Source: Phyllobates terribilis (taxonomy: Eukaryota). Taken from it: a DNA stretch of 64,000 bases. The notes beneath the pieces were generated by a model. That model had not been told where the DNA came from. It ran no database searches and saw only the letters and a list, made by a program, of their open reading frames with translations. The stretch spans positions 311,488,001-311,552,000 of the forward strand of contig NW_027362772.1 in the NCBI RefSeq assembly GCF_046119375.1, in the 5' to 3' direction. Position 1 is the first letter of the stretch. The number at the start of each line of letters is the position of its first letter. Made by a program: the position numbers and the translations under genes. Shown in pieces: positions 1-13,600 of this stretch.

Positions 1-3000
1 GGAATTCTTTATGGACGTCGTCTATTAACTTGTCCACGTAAGTCAACGTTAAAATCTTCTGGTATCCGACCTGCGGGGACGGATGAAGAGAAGACACACA
101 AGGGTTAATGCACTGGATCGGGAGGTCGTGCTGTGATCAGACCCATATTGCGCAGTCCCCTGCTCCATCCACCCTTACATCAGGAGGCTCAGGATGAGCG
201 AGGAGGACACAGAACAACATTATAAATCAGCGCCCGGCCGCCATCGTCCATGACTTACCACGAACACCAGCTCAAACTGATTGTCCAGCTTGTACTTCAG
301 CATGAGGGAGTCATGGTTGTAGCAGTTGCTGCCGCCTCGCTCCTGCAGGGACAACACAGACAATGATGAGAGTAGTGGTCCCCACCCCATCACAGACCGC
401 AGTGTTACAGCTCCGAACCTGCCGCACAGAGCCTGGACAGGACGCCCCAAAAATGCCGGACGCCCCCAGAGTCTGCAGACAAATGAACAACGCCCCATGG
501 GCCCTCAGTGACCCCTGAACATTAACCCAACGGTGACAACCACCACAGCCCAATATGATGGGGACGGGGGCGCCGGGAGTATGGGGGACACCGAGGGACA
601 AGGGCGCCAGGGGGGATGGCCCAGAATATGAGAGAGGAAACGAGCGCAGAAACAATAATGTGACAGTGAGATTCGCTCGACCTGGGACCACCTGACCCCG
701 ACATTGTGACGCACAAGGGTCAGGACCCGTGAGAAGAGTCCGGGCATCACCTCTCTCCCACATCAGGTCCCCGGTAATACCAGCATCTCTGTACTGACCC
801 CCCGACTAAGAGTGTGAACCCCAACACACCACCGCGCTCCCCACATGGGGTCCCTCCCAAAAAAACAGCGCAAGACGTACACCACAAATATGGAGATCGA
901 TCCGCAGCAGCAGGACACCCCGGGAATCAGTGGAATATGGGGTCACCACCCCGCCCCCCGGGAATCAGTGGAATATGGGGTCACCTCCCCGCCCCCTGGG
1001 AATCACTGGAATATGGGGTCACCTCCCCGCCCCCTGGGAATCACTGGAATATGGGGTCACCTCCCCGCCCCTTCCCCGGGAATCACTGGAATATGGGGTC
1101 ACCACCCCGCCCCCTGGGAATCACTGGAATATGGGGTCACCACCCCACCCCCTGGGAATCACTGGAATATGGGGTCACCACCCCGCCCCCTGGGAATCAC
1201 TGGAATATGGGGTCACCTCCCCGCCCCTTCCCCTGGGAATCACTGGAATATGGGGTCACCTCCCCGCCCCTTCCCCGGGAATCACTGGAATATGGGGTCA
1301 CCTCCCCGCCCCTTCCCCGGGAATCACTGGAATATGGGGTCACCTCCCCGCCCCTTCCCCGGGAGTCACTGGAATATGGGGTCACCACCCCGCCCCCTGG
1401 GAATCACTGGAATATGGGGTCACCTCCCCGCCCCCTGGGAATCACTGGAATATGGGGTCACCTCCCCGCCCCTTCCCCTGGGAATCACTGGAATATGGGG
1501 TCACCTCCCCGCCCCTTCCCCGGGAATCACTGGAATATGGGGTCACCTCCCCGCCCCTTCCCCGGGAATCACTGGAATATGGGGTCACCTCCCCGCCCCT
1601 TCCCCGGGAATCACTGGAATATGGGGTCACCACCCCGCCCCCTGGGAATCACTGGAATATGGGGTCACCACCCCACCCCCTGGGAATCACTGGAATATGG
1701 GGTCACCACCCTTCCCCCTGGGAATCACTGGAATATGGGGTCACCTCCCCGCCCCTTCCCCTGGGAATCACTGGAATATGGGGTCACCTCCCCGCCCCTT
1801 CCCCGGGAATCACTGGAATATGGGGTCACCTCCCCGCCCCTTCCCCGGGAATCACTGGAATATGGGGTCACCTCCCCGCCCCTTCCCCGGGAATCACTGG
1901 AATATGGGGTCACCTCCCCGCCCCTCCCGCCGGGAATCACCGGAACATGGGGTCCCCTCCCGCCGGGAATCACCGGAACATGGGGTCCCCTCCCGCCGGG
2001 AATCACCGGAACATGGGGTCCCCTCCCGCCGGGAATCACCGGAACATGGGGTCCCCTCCCGCCGGGAATCACCGGAACATGGGGTCCCCTCCCGCCGGGA
2101 ATCACCGGAACATGGGGTCCCCTCCCGCCGGGAATCACCGGAACATGGGGTCCCCTCCCGCCGGGAATCACCGGAACATGGGGTCCCCTCCCGCCGGGAA
2201 TCACCGGAACATGGGGTCCCCTCCCGCCGGGAATCACCGGAACATGGGGTCCCCTCCCGCCGGGAATCACCGGAACATGGGGTCCCCTCCCGCCGGGAAT
2301 CACCGGAACATGGGGTCCCCTCCCGCCGGGAATCACCGGAACATGGGGTCCCCTCCCGCCGGGAATCACCGGAACATGGGGTCCCCTCCCGCCGGGAATC
2401 ACCGGAACATGGGGTCCCCTCCCGCCGGGAATCACCGCAATATGGGGTCCCCTCCCGCCGGGAATCACCGCAATATGGGGTCCCCTCCCGCCGGGAATCA
2501 CCGCAATATGGGGTCCCCTCCCGCCGGGAATCACCGCAATATGGGGTCCCCTCCCGCCGGGAATCACCGCAATATGGGGTCCCCTCCCGCCGGGAATCAC
2601 CGCAATATGGGGTCCCCTCCCGCCGGGAATCACTGGAATATGGGGTCCCCTCCCTCCGGGAATCACTGGAATATGGGGTCCCCTCCCCCCGGGAATCACT
2701 GGAATATGGGGTCCCCTCCCTCCGGGAATCACTGGAATATGGGGTCCCCTCCCTCCGGGAATCACTGGAATATGGGGTCCCCTCCCTCCGGGAATCACTG
2801 GAATATGGGGTCCCCTCCCTCCGGGAATCACTGGAATATGGGGTCCCCTCCCTCCGGGAATCACTGGAATATGGGGTCCCCTCCCTCCGGGAATCACTGG
2901 AATATGGGGTCCCCTCCCTCCGGGAATCACTGGAATATGGGGTCCCCTCCCTCCGGGAATCACTGGAATATGGGGTCCCCTCCCCCCGGGAATCACTGGA

Positions 3001-4349
3001 ATATGGGGTCCCCTCCCCCCGGGAATCACTGGAATATGGGGTCCCCTCCCCCCGGGAATCACTGGAATATGGGGTCCCCTCCCCCCGGGAATCACTGGAA
3101 TATGGGGTCCCCTCCCCCCGGGAATCACTGGAATATGGGGTCCCCTCCCCCCGGGAATCACTGGAATATGGGGTCCCCTCCCCCCGGGAATCACTGGAAT
3201 ATGGGGTCACCTCCCGCCGGGAATCACTGGAATATGGGGTCCCCTCCCCCCGGGAATCACTGGAATATGGGGTCCCCTCCCCCCGGGAATCACTGGAATA
3301 TGGGGTCCCCTCCCGCCGGGAATCACTGGAATATGGAGTCACCTCCCCCCGGGAATCATTGGAATATGGGGTCCCCTCCCCCCGGGAATCAATGGAATAT
3401 GGGGTCCCCTCCCCCCGGGAATCAATGGAATATGGGGTCCCCTCCCCCCGGGAATCAATGGAATATGGGGTCACCTCCCCCCGGGAATCACTGGAATATG
3501 GGGTCCCCTCCCTCCAGGAATCACTGGAATATGGGGTCCCCTCCCCCCGGGAATCACTGGAATATGGGGTCCCCTCCCTCCAGGAATCACTGGAATATGG
3601 GGTCCCCTCCCGCCGGGAATCACTGGAATATGGGGTCCCCTCCCTCCAGGAATCACTGGAATATGGGGTCCCCTCCCGCCAGGAATCACTGGAATATGGG
3701 GTCCCCTCCCGCCAGGAATCACTGGAATATGGGGTCACCTCCCCCCGGGAATCACTGGAATATGGGGTCCCCTCCCCCCGGGAATCACTGGAATATGGGG
3801 TCCCCTCCCCCCGGGAATCACTGGAATATGGGGTCCCCTCCCCCCGGGAATCACTGGAATATGGGGTCACCTCCCCCCGGGAATCACTGGAATATGGGGT
3901 CACCTCCCCCCGGGAATCACTGGAATATGGGGTCCCCTCCCCCCGGGAATCACTGGAATATGGGGTCACCTCCCCCGGGAATCACTGGAATATGGGGTCC
4001 CCTCCCCCCGGGAATCACTGGAATATGGGGTCCCCTCCCCCACACCGTGCACCCCAATACCACAGTCCTGAGGTTTATGCCCCTGGATGTCAAGACCCCC
4101 GGTTTCTCCACGTTACGTCATCAGACCTCCCAGATCGTCTTCTCAGGGGGAGTCGGACACTCTATATCCCCCGTGTGGACCCGACTACAGGAGCTCTGAC
4201 ATCTGAGGCCCCGCAGCGCCCCCGGCGGTCACCTGCAGGATGACGGATCGCAGCAGCGCATTCACTGAGCTGCTGATGGAGCCGCGCACCCCCTGGAAGC
4301 ACCAGAGCACGATGCCGCCTTTGCTGAAGATGGTGAAGAAGTCCAACAT
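1..4349 (-). CDS. SRPRA: Signal recognition particle receptor alpha, coding exons 1-3 (gene continues off the left edge)
   Basis: Exon1 4349-4233 (MLDFFTIFSKGGIVLWCFQGVRGSISSSVNALLRSVILQ), exon2 342-259 (ERGGSNCYNHDSLMLKYKLDNQFELVFV), exon3 70-1 partial (VGYQKILTLTYVDKLIDDVHKEF). GT-AG junctions, all phase 0; matches the vertebrate SRPRA longin-domain N-terminus as I recall it. Confidence 0.97.
911..4040. repeat. 33-bp GC-rich minisatellite (38-43-bp variants at the left end) filling SRPRA intron 1
   Basis: Unit atatggggtcccctccccccgggaatcactgga; explains the 1000-aa repeat ORFs in the track. Confidence 0.97.
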
Positions 4350-4633
4350 GTTTCTCCGTCCTCGCTGTGCACCGCACGTCACTAACGGCCCCGGGACACG
4401 TCAGAGAAACACCGGGATACGCGTCATTTCCGCACGTACCGGAAGAGGCGGGCCCTCTGCGTTCCAGAGTATCACCGCCGCCATCTTCCTGCACCCATCA
4501 CCTGACCAGCGCGCCCTCTGGAGGAGACTGTGATATTTCACTGCACTGCTCCGATTGGCTGTCAGTATGACGCACGCTGATGATGTCACGGAATATGAAA
4601 GTTCTCTATCCGTGGTTGTCAGTCACTAGAGCT
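4350..4633. promoter_or_regulatory. Bidirectional CpG promoter shared by SRPRA and FOXRED1
   Basis: Only 284 bp between the two divergent ATGs. TGACGTG (minus strand) at 4375-4381 and 4397-4403, ETS CCGGAAG 4439-4445, YY1 CGCCGCCATCTT 4476-4487, inverted CCAAT 4553-4558. Confidence 0.8.
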
Positions 4634-7600
4634 ATGAGTGTGAGCAGGGTGTGCAGGACGGGGGCGCTGCGGCTGCTGAACCACGGGGGCCAGGGGGCCA
4701 CAGCAGCCGCACACAGGGGCTTCAGGACATCCACAGCTTTACCGAAGGAGGATGAATTCACCAAAAGTAAGTGACCCCGCACAACATAGGGCACTGATAT
4801 GTATAAGCAGGGTGTGGAGTCTATAAGCCAAACCTACGACTCCGACCCCCTCATACACGGCTGCGACCCCCTCATTCACGACTCATGTGTAAGTGATAAA
4901 TTTACTGCAGCACAGATTCATCTCAGTAAAGTCCAGACCCTGAGATCAGGAATAGGACGGACATTTATAGGACATTTCAGAACTTTCCCAAATTCTAATG
5001 AAAAATATTCCCCACAAAACTGCATTGAACGACTGCACCCAATGTATTATATATTGTTGGAGTTGGTCCATTTTATACCGACTCCAGCTCCACAGCCCTG
5101 TGTGTGTGTGTGTGTGTATATATATATTATTTTACTCACTTATATAGTGCCATTAATTCCACAGCACTTTACAGACATTATCATCGCTGTCCCCATCGGG
5201 GCTCACAATCTACATTCCCTATCAGTATATCTTTGGATTGTGGGTAGAAACCCGAGAACACGGAGGAAACCCACGAAACACGGGGAGAACATACAAACTC
5301 CTTGCAGATGTCGTCCTTGGTGGGATTTGAACCCAGGACTCCAGCGCTGCAAGGCTGCAGTGCTAACCACTGAGCCACCATACAGTGCTAACCACTGAGC
5401 CACCATACAGTGCTAACCACTGAGCCACCATACAGTGCTAACCACTGAGCCACCATACAGTGCTAACCACTGAGCCACCATACAGTGCTAACCACTGAGC
5501 CACCATACAGTGCTAACCACTGAGCCACCATGCTGCCCTATATATAATGTGTGAGCAGTGACTGCAGCACTGTGTGCACAATCCCANNNNNNNNNNNNNN
5601 NNNNNNNNNNNNNNNNNNNNNNNNNNNNNNNNNNNNNNNNNNNNNNNNNNNNNNNNNNNNNNNNNNNNNNNNNNNNNNNNNNNNNNNNNNNNNNNNNNNN
5701 NNNNNNNNNNNNNNNNNNNNNNNNNNNTGTATCATCCTATTCTCTGTGTGATTAGTATGTTTTCCTCCCTGATCTGTGGCTGCACAGACGTTCCTGTCCC
5801 CATCGGTCCACATCGGCTGCTTCCCTATCAGCGAAGATGATTCTTTCACCTTTGGGGACTGTAGCAAGTTGTCTGACAACTGACAGTAGCTGCTGCACGG
5901 CCTCCTCACAGGTGTCACCGATAATTACTGAGGAAATAATGTCACATGACGGCTCGTTACTTCTGGACTCGTCACCTTGTATTAACCCCGTGGTGTAACG
6001 AGCCGTCACAACTGCTGACAATGCTGCTGATTGTGCACGAGATATCTCTGGTTATTGCTTAATATTAAAACTTAAAGACTAAACCCGTCATAAAGAATCA
6101 TCAGCTGTTTATGTATCAGCCTCATTACAAACTCCATACTGTTCAATACTGCTGACAACCAGCCTGTATATCATCATGTAGAGAGGTTGTCAGATCTGCC
6201 CCCTGGTGGTGACATCACTGACAGCACCGTCTGCTCGCCGTTGATCGTCTGTGATCGGATCATTATTTCTCTGTTTTCCTCCCAGTTCTCTCCCATGAGA
6301 TGCAGAAGATCCACAATAAAGTGCGGGACGCTCTGCCCGGCAGTGACTGGTCACCGTTGAAATCCATGGACCATATGCCGCCAGAACACTCGGACATCGT
6401 CATCGCAGGGGGCGGAGTCATGGGCTGGGCAGTTGCCTATTGGCTGATGAAAATGCAGACCAAGAAGAAAGCGTACAATGTGCTGGTGGTGGAGCGCGAC
6501 CCGACCGTGAGTCTCCTGGCAGGTCGGAGCGGCGCGCACAGATCGGAGCGGCGCGCTCTGCGCCGTCACTTTATCGTAACATTCAGATTTTAACGTGAAA
6601 GCGCCAACTGCAGGGCCGTTGTGACTATTACACCAGGGAGTTGCCTTGTAAGCAATTGTCTATTATTCATCATCTACCGGAATACAAGGTGTCATCCGCC
6701 CCAGATCCGATGCCCTATTGACAGCTGTTGAGTGGTCTGCGCCTCTGTGACCCCGTTATTTGTAGTATATTATACACCCTGCGAGCCGTGTACATGAGGC
6801 ATCCCAGAGGACCCAGGTAACGTTATGTAATAACTCCCTCTCTTCTCTCACCCCCAGTACTCTCACGCCTCCACCGTTCTCTCGGCAGGCGGCATCCGGC
6901 AGCAATTCTCCCGACCCGAAAACATCCAGATGTCGCTGTTTGGCGCCCATTTCCTGCGCAACATTAATGTAAGATGCCAGTAATGTAACAAAAGGGACCG
7001 ATGCAAAGAACCCACAGTACAGTCACTTATCACCTGCTATTATACTCCAGAGCTGCACTCACTATTCTGCTGGTGCAGTCACTGTGTACATACATTACAT
7101 TACTGATCCTGAGTTACCTCCTGTATTATACTCCAGAGCTGCACTCACTATTCTGCTGGTGCAGTCACTGTGTACATACATTACTGATCCTGAGTTACCA
7201 ACTGTATTATACTCCAGAGCTGCACTCACTATTCTGCTGGTGCAGTCACTGTGTACATACATTACTGGTCCTGAGTTACCTCCTGTATTATACTCCAGAG
7301 CTGCATTCACTATTCTGCTGGTGCAGTCACTGTGTACATACATTACATTACTGATCCTGAGTTACATCCTGCATTATACTCCAGAGCTGCACTCACTATT
7401 CTGCTGGTGCACTCACTGTGTACATACATTACATTACTGATTCTGAGTTACGTCCTGTATTATACTCCAGAGCTGCACTCACTATTCTGCTGGTGCAGTC
7501 ACTGTGTACATACATTACTGATCCTGAGTTACCAACTGTATTATACTCCAGAGCTGCACTCACTATTCTGCTGGTGCAGTCACTGTGTACATACATTACT

Positions 7601-10600
7601 GATCCTGAGTTACCAACTGTATTATACTCCAGAGCTGCACTCACTATTCTGCTGGTGCAGTCACTGTGTACATACATTACTGGTCCTGAGTTACCTCCTG
7701 TATTATACTCCAGAGCTGCATTCACTATTCTGCTGGTGCAGTCACTGTGTACATACATTACATTACTGATCCTGAGTTACATCCTGCATTATACTCCAGA
7801 GCTGCACTCACTATTCTGCTGGTGCACTCACTGTGTACATACATTACATTACTGATTCTGAGTTACGTCCTGTATTATACTCCAGAGCTGCACTCACTAT
7901 TCTGCTGGTGCACTCACTGTGTACATACATTACATTACTGATTCTGAGTTACGTCCTGTATTATACTCCAGAGCTGCACTCACTATTCTGCTGGTGCAGT
8001 CACTTTGTACATACATTACATTACTGATCCGGAGTTACATCCTGTATTATACTCCAGAGCTGCACTCACTATTCTGCTGGTGCAGTCACTGTGTACATAC
8101 ATTACATTACCGATCCTGAGTTACATCCTGTATTATACTCCAGAGCTGCACTCACTATTCTGCTGGTGCAGTCACTGTGTACATGCATTACATTACTGAT
8201 CCTGAGTTACATCCTGTATTATACTCCAGAGCTGCACTCACTATTCTGCTGGAGCAGTCACTGTGTACATACATTACATTGCTGATCCTGAGTTACATCC
8301 TGTATTATACTCCAGAGCTGCACTCACTATTCTGCTGGTGCAGTCACTGTGTACATACATTACATTGCTGATCCTGAGCTACATCCTGTATTATACTCCA
8401 GAGCTGCACTCACTATTCTGCTGGTGCAGTCACTGTGTATATACATTACATTACTGATCCTGAGTTATATCCTGTATTATACTCCAGAGCTGCACTCACT
8501 ATTCTGCTGGTGCAGTCACTGTGTTCATACATTACATTACTGATCCTGGGTTACCTCCTGTATTATACTCCAGAGCTGCACTCACTATTCTGCTGGTGCA
8601 GCCACTGTGTACATACATTACATTACTGATCCTGAGTTACATCCTGTATTATACTCCAGAGCTGCACTCACTATTCTGCTGGTGCAGTCACTGTGTATAT
8701 ACATTACATTACTGATCCTGAGTTACATCCTGTATTATACTCCAGAGCTGCACTCACTATTCTGCTGGTGCAGTCACTGTGTATATACATTACATTACTG
8801 ATCCTGAGTTATATCCTGTATTATACTCCAGAGCTGCACTCACTATTCTGCTGGTGCAGTCACTGTGTTCATACATTACATTACTGATCCTGGGTTACCT
8901 CCTGTATTATACTCCAGAGCTGCACTCACTATTCTGCTGGTGCAGTCACTATGTACATACATTACATTACTGATCCTGAGTTACATCCTGTATTATACTC
9001 CAGAGCTGCACTCACTATTCTGCTGGTGAGGTCACTGTGTACATACATTACATTACTGATCCTGAGTTACATCCTGTATTATACTCCAGAGCTGCACTCA
9101 CTATTCTGCTGGTGCAGTCACTGTGTACATACATTACATTACTGATCCTGAGTTACCTCCTGTATTATACTCCAGAGCTGCACTCACTATTCTGCTGGTG
9201 CAGTCACTGTGTACATACATTACATTACTGATCCTGAGTTACATCCTGTATTATACTCCAGAGCTGCACTCACTATTCTGCTGGTGCAGTCACTGTGTAC
9301 ATACATTACATTACTGATCCTGAGTTACATCCTGTATTATACTCCAGAGCTGCACTCACTATTCTGCTGGTGCAGTCACTGTGTACATACATTACATTAC
9401 TGATCCTGAGTTACATCCTGTATTATACTCCAGAGCTGCACTCACTATTCTGCTGGTGCAGTCACTGTGTACATACATTACATTACTGATCCTGAGTTAC
9501 TTCCTGTATTATACTCCAGAGCTGCACTCACTATTCTGCTGGTGCAGTCACTGTGTACATACATTACATTACTGATCCTGAGTTACATCCTGTATTATAC
9601 TCCAGAGCTGCACTCACTATTCTGCTGGTGCAGTCACTGTGTACATACATTACATTACTGATCCTGAGTTACTTCCTGTATTATACTCCAGAGCTGCACT
9701 CACTATTCTGCTGGTGCAGTCACTGTGTACATACATTTCTTGTCCTCTTTCTTGGACCTGCCTGAGACCCCCATGTTTATTACAGGAGTACTTGGGTGTT
9801 ATAAATGAAGACCCCGTTGATATTCAGTTTAACCCCTCGGGGTACCTCTTCCTGTCCAGTGAGAAAGGAGCCGATATCCTGGAGGAAAATTACCGAGTGC
9901 AGAGGTACTGGGTGGGGATGATAGAGGTTGTAGTACCAGGCCGCTCCATTCTTCTATAAGTCATATAATGTGGTATCATGGGAACCTCCTCATTTACACA
10001 AGACCTGACACTCGCTGAGGGTTTGTTACAGTTGTATTCAGTGTGGACAATCCTGTGTGAGCTGCACACCACTTCTGTCTTGAGGGTTTGTTACAATGTA
10101 TCGCCCAGCTCCGGGGTACTTTGTGGTTGATGGTGGGGATTATAGGGTGGGCTCAGGTTCCCCCCGGGGTCTGCGAAAGCCGCGATGGACTTTCTAGTGG
10201 GAGGCTGTTGTGACCTTGGTGTTTCTGGTCACTTCCCACGAGATGTTGTGTCCTGGACATTAACCACAGACGTGGCCCATCAGTGGGTGTCACTCAGGAC
10301 GGCCGCTCCTGCAGCTCCCGGGGGGTTGTCGCCAGTGGGTGTCACTCAGGATGTTGGCTCCTGCAGCTCCCGGGAGGTTGTCGCCAGTGGGTGTCACTCA
10401 GGATGTTGGCTCCTGCAGCTCCCGGGAGGTTGTCGCCAGTGGGTGTCACTCAGGATGTTGGCTCCTGCAGCTCCCGGGAGGTTGTCGCCAGTGGGTGTCA
10501 CTCAGGATGTTGGCTCCTGCAGCTCCCGGGAGGTTGTCGCCAATGGGTGTCACTCAGGATGTTGGCTCCTGCAGCTCCCGGGAGGTTGTCGCCAGTGGGT

Positions 10601-13600
10601 GTCACTCAGGATGTTGGCTCCTGCAGCTCCCGGGAGGTTGTCGCCAGTGGGTGTCACTCAGGACGGCCGCTCCTGCAGCTCCCGGGAGGTTGTCGCCAGT
10701 GGGTGTCACTCAGGACGGCCGCTCCTGCAGCTCCCGGGGGGTTGTCGTCAGTGGGTGTCACTCAGGATGTTGGCTCCTGCAGCTCCCGGGAGGTTGTCGC
10801 CTGTGGGTGTCACTCAGGATGTTGGCTCCTGCAGCTCCCGGGAGGTTGTCGCCAGTGGGTGTCACTCAGGATGTTGGCTCCTGCAGCTCCCGGGAGGTTG
10901 TCGCCTGTGGGTGTCACTCAGGATGTAGGCTTCTGCAGCTCCCGGGAGGTTGTCGTCAGTGGGTGTCACTCAGGATGTTGGCTCCTGCAGCTTCCGGGAG
11001 GTTGTCGCCAGTGGGTGTCACTCAGGATGTTGGCTCCTGCAGCTCCCGGGAGGTTGTCGCCAGTGGGTGTCACTCAGGATGTTGGCTCCTGCAGCTCCCG
11101 GGAGGTTGTCGCCAGTGGGTGTCACTCAGGATGTTGGCTCCTGCAGCTCCCGGGAGGTTGTCGCCAATGGGTGTCACTCAGGATGTTGGCTCCTGCAGCT
11201 CCCGGGAGGTTGTCGCCAGTGGGTGTCACTCAGGATGTTGGCTCCTGCAGCTCCCGGGAGGTTGTCGCCAGTGGGTGTCACTCAGGACGGCCGCTCCTGC
11301 AGCTCCCGGGAGGTTGTCGCCAGTGGGTGTCACTCAGGACGGCCGCTCCTGCAGCTCCCGGGGGGTTGTCGTCAGTGGGTGTCACTCAGGATGTTGGCTC
11401 CTGCAGCTCCCGGGAGGTTGTCGCCTGTGGGTGTCACTCAGGATGTTGGCTCCTGCAGCTCCCGGGAGGTTGTCGCCAGTGGGTGTCACTCAGGATGTTG
11501 GCTCCTGCAGCTCCCGGGAGGTTGTCGCCTGTGGGTGTCACTCAGGATGTAGGCTTCTGCAGCTCCCGGGAGGTTGTCGCCAGTGGGTGTCACTCAGGAT
11601 GTAGGCTCCTGCAGCTCCCGGGAGGTTGTCGCCAGTGGGTGTCACTCAGGATGTTGGCTCCTGCAGCTCCCGGGAGGTTGTCGCCAGTGGGTGTCACTCA
11701 GGATGTAGGCTCCTGCAGCTCCCGGGAGGTTGTCGTCAGTGGGTGTCACTCGGGATGTTGGCTCCTGCAGCTCCCGGGAGGTTGTCGTCAGTGGGTGTCA
11801 CTCGGGATGTAGGCTCCTGCAGCTCCTGGGAGGTTGTCGTCAGTGGGTGTCACTCGGGATGTTGGCTCCTGCTGCTCCCGGGAGGTTGTCGTCAGTGGGT
11901 GTCACTCGGGATGTTGGCTCCTGCAGCTCCCGGGAGGTTGTCGTCAGTGGGTGTCACTCGGGATGTTGGCTCCTGCAGCTCCCGGGAGGTTGTCGTCAGT
12001 GGGTGTCACTCGGGATGTTGGCTCCTGCAGCTCCCGGGAGGTTGTCGTCAGTGGGTGTCACTCGGGATGTAGGCTCCTGCAGCTCCTGGGAGGTTGTCGT
12101 CAGTGGGTGTCACTCGGGATGTTGGCTCCTGCTGCTCCCGGGAGGTTGTCGTCAGTGGGTGTCACTCGGGATGTTGGCTCCTGCAGCTCCCGGGAGGTTG
12201 TCGTCAGTGGGTGTCACTCGGGATGTTGGCTCCTGCTGCTCCCGGGAGGTTGTCGTCAGTGGGTGTCACTCGGGATGTTGGCTCCTGCAGCTCCCGGGAG
12301 GTTGTCGTCAGTGGGTGTCACTCGGGATGTTGGCTCCTGCAGCTCCCGGGAGGTTGTCGTCAGTGGGTGTCACTCGGGATGTTGGCTCCTGCAGCTCCCG
12401 GGAGGTTGTCGCCAGTGGGTGTCACTCAGGACGGCCGCTCCTGCAGCTCCCCGGGGGGTTGTCGCCCGGCTTTTCCAGGAGCAGACAGGCAGTGACTCCC
12501 TGAATTCGGGGTATTGTCTTGGTGACACTTTTTGTATTACTTTCTTGCACGGCAGGGAGCAGGGGGCCAAGGTGACGCTGCTCTCCCCGGATCAGCTGAA
12601 GAGGAAGTTTCCGTGGATCAGTACGCAGGACGTGGCTTTGGCCTCTTATGGTGAGGGCTGCTCCGTACCGGACCATCAGGTTCTGGATTACTGCAATGAC
12701 TGTGGGTTTCTCTGTATTCAGGGCTGGAGAACGAGGGCTGGTTCGATCCCTGGCTGCTGCTCAGTGCTCTCCGGCGTAAGGCCATGTCCATGGGCGCCCT
12801 GCATTGTCACGGAGAGGTGACGGGTGAGTGCCGCGCTCAGCAAGTGTCACCATTGGTCCTGTACTTGGTCTCTCCCGCTCGTCCTTAGCCAATGGCAGAA
12901 CTTCAGGAAATCAACCCTAAATATATCCAGATAAATGAGGGGAACTGCAGAGGAAAGTGGGGGTCAAAAATCACCTAAATATTAACATGCAGCACCAGTA
13001 ATAACCAGTGGGTGGCAGCACTGCAATGTGTCTTATACAATGTGATCCGCCCTGGTGTTGCAGCCGCCGGCGTAGAACTACATATCCCAGAATGCCCGGA
13101 CTTCTAATAAAATATTATTGTCGATAGGTTTCAACTACATGTTGCAAGGAATGATGACGGAGGGCGGCGAGCGGGTGAACTGTAAAATAATCAAACAAGT
13201 AATTGTGAGTATATCCCGGATGGCGGGTTTATGTGATTACTGACGTTAATTAGGTTTTGTTTATTTCAGATTGATTTATTTTTTTCATATTATGGACATT
13301 CTGATTTTTGTAGTTTTTTTTTGTACATTCTGGTATTTTCCAGGTCCAGACGCAGAACAGTTTGGAGACGCAACCTGTGGACTGTATGGCGGTCGTCAAT
13401 GCCGCCGGCGCCTGGTCTACCAAAGTGGCAGAGATGGTTGGGATCGGCTGTGGGAACCCGGGCACCTATGAAGAAGTCAAACTCCCTGTAGAGCCCAGAA
13501 AGAGGTATCATCACCCTCATCGTCCGGCTCGGTTGTTTCTCTGCACCGTTTTTATCCAGAATCATTTGACTTCTCCGCCAGATACATCTACATGTTCCAC

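Noticed and set aside
814-4243. 1085-1132-aa ORFs in three frames
   Set aside because: They are translations of the stop-free 33-bp intronic repeat; all frames are open and the region lies in SRPRA intron 1.
5538-5918. ORFs containing X runs
   Set aside because: Artefacts of the N gap.
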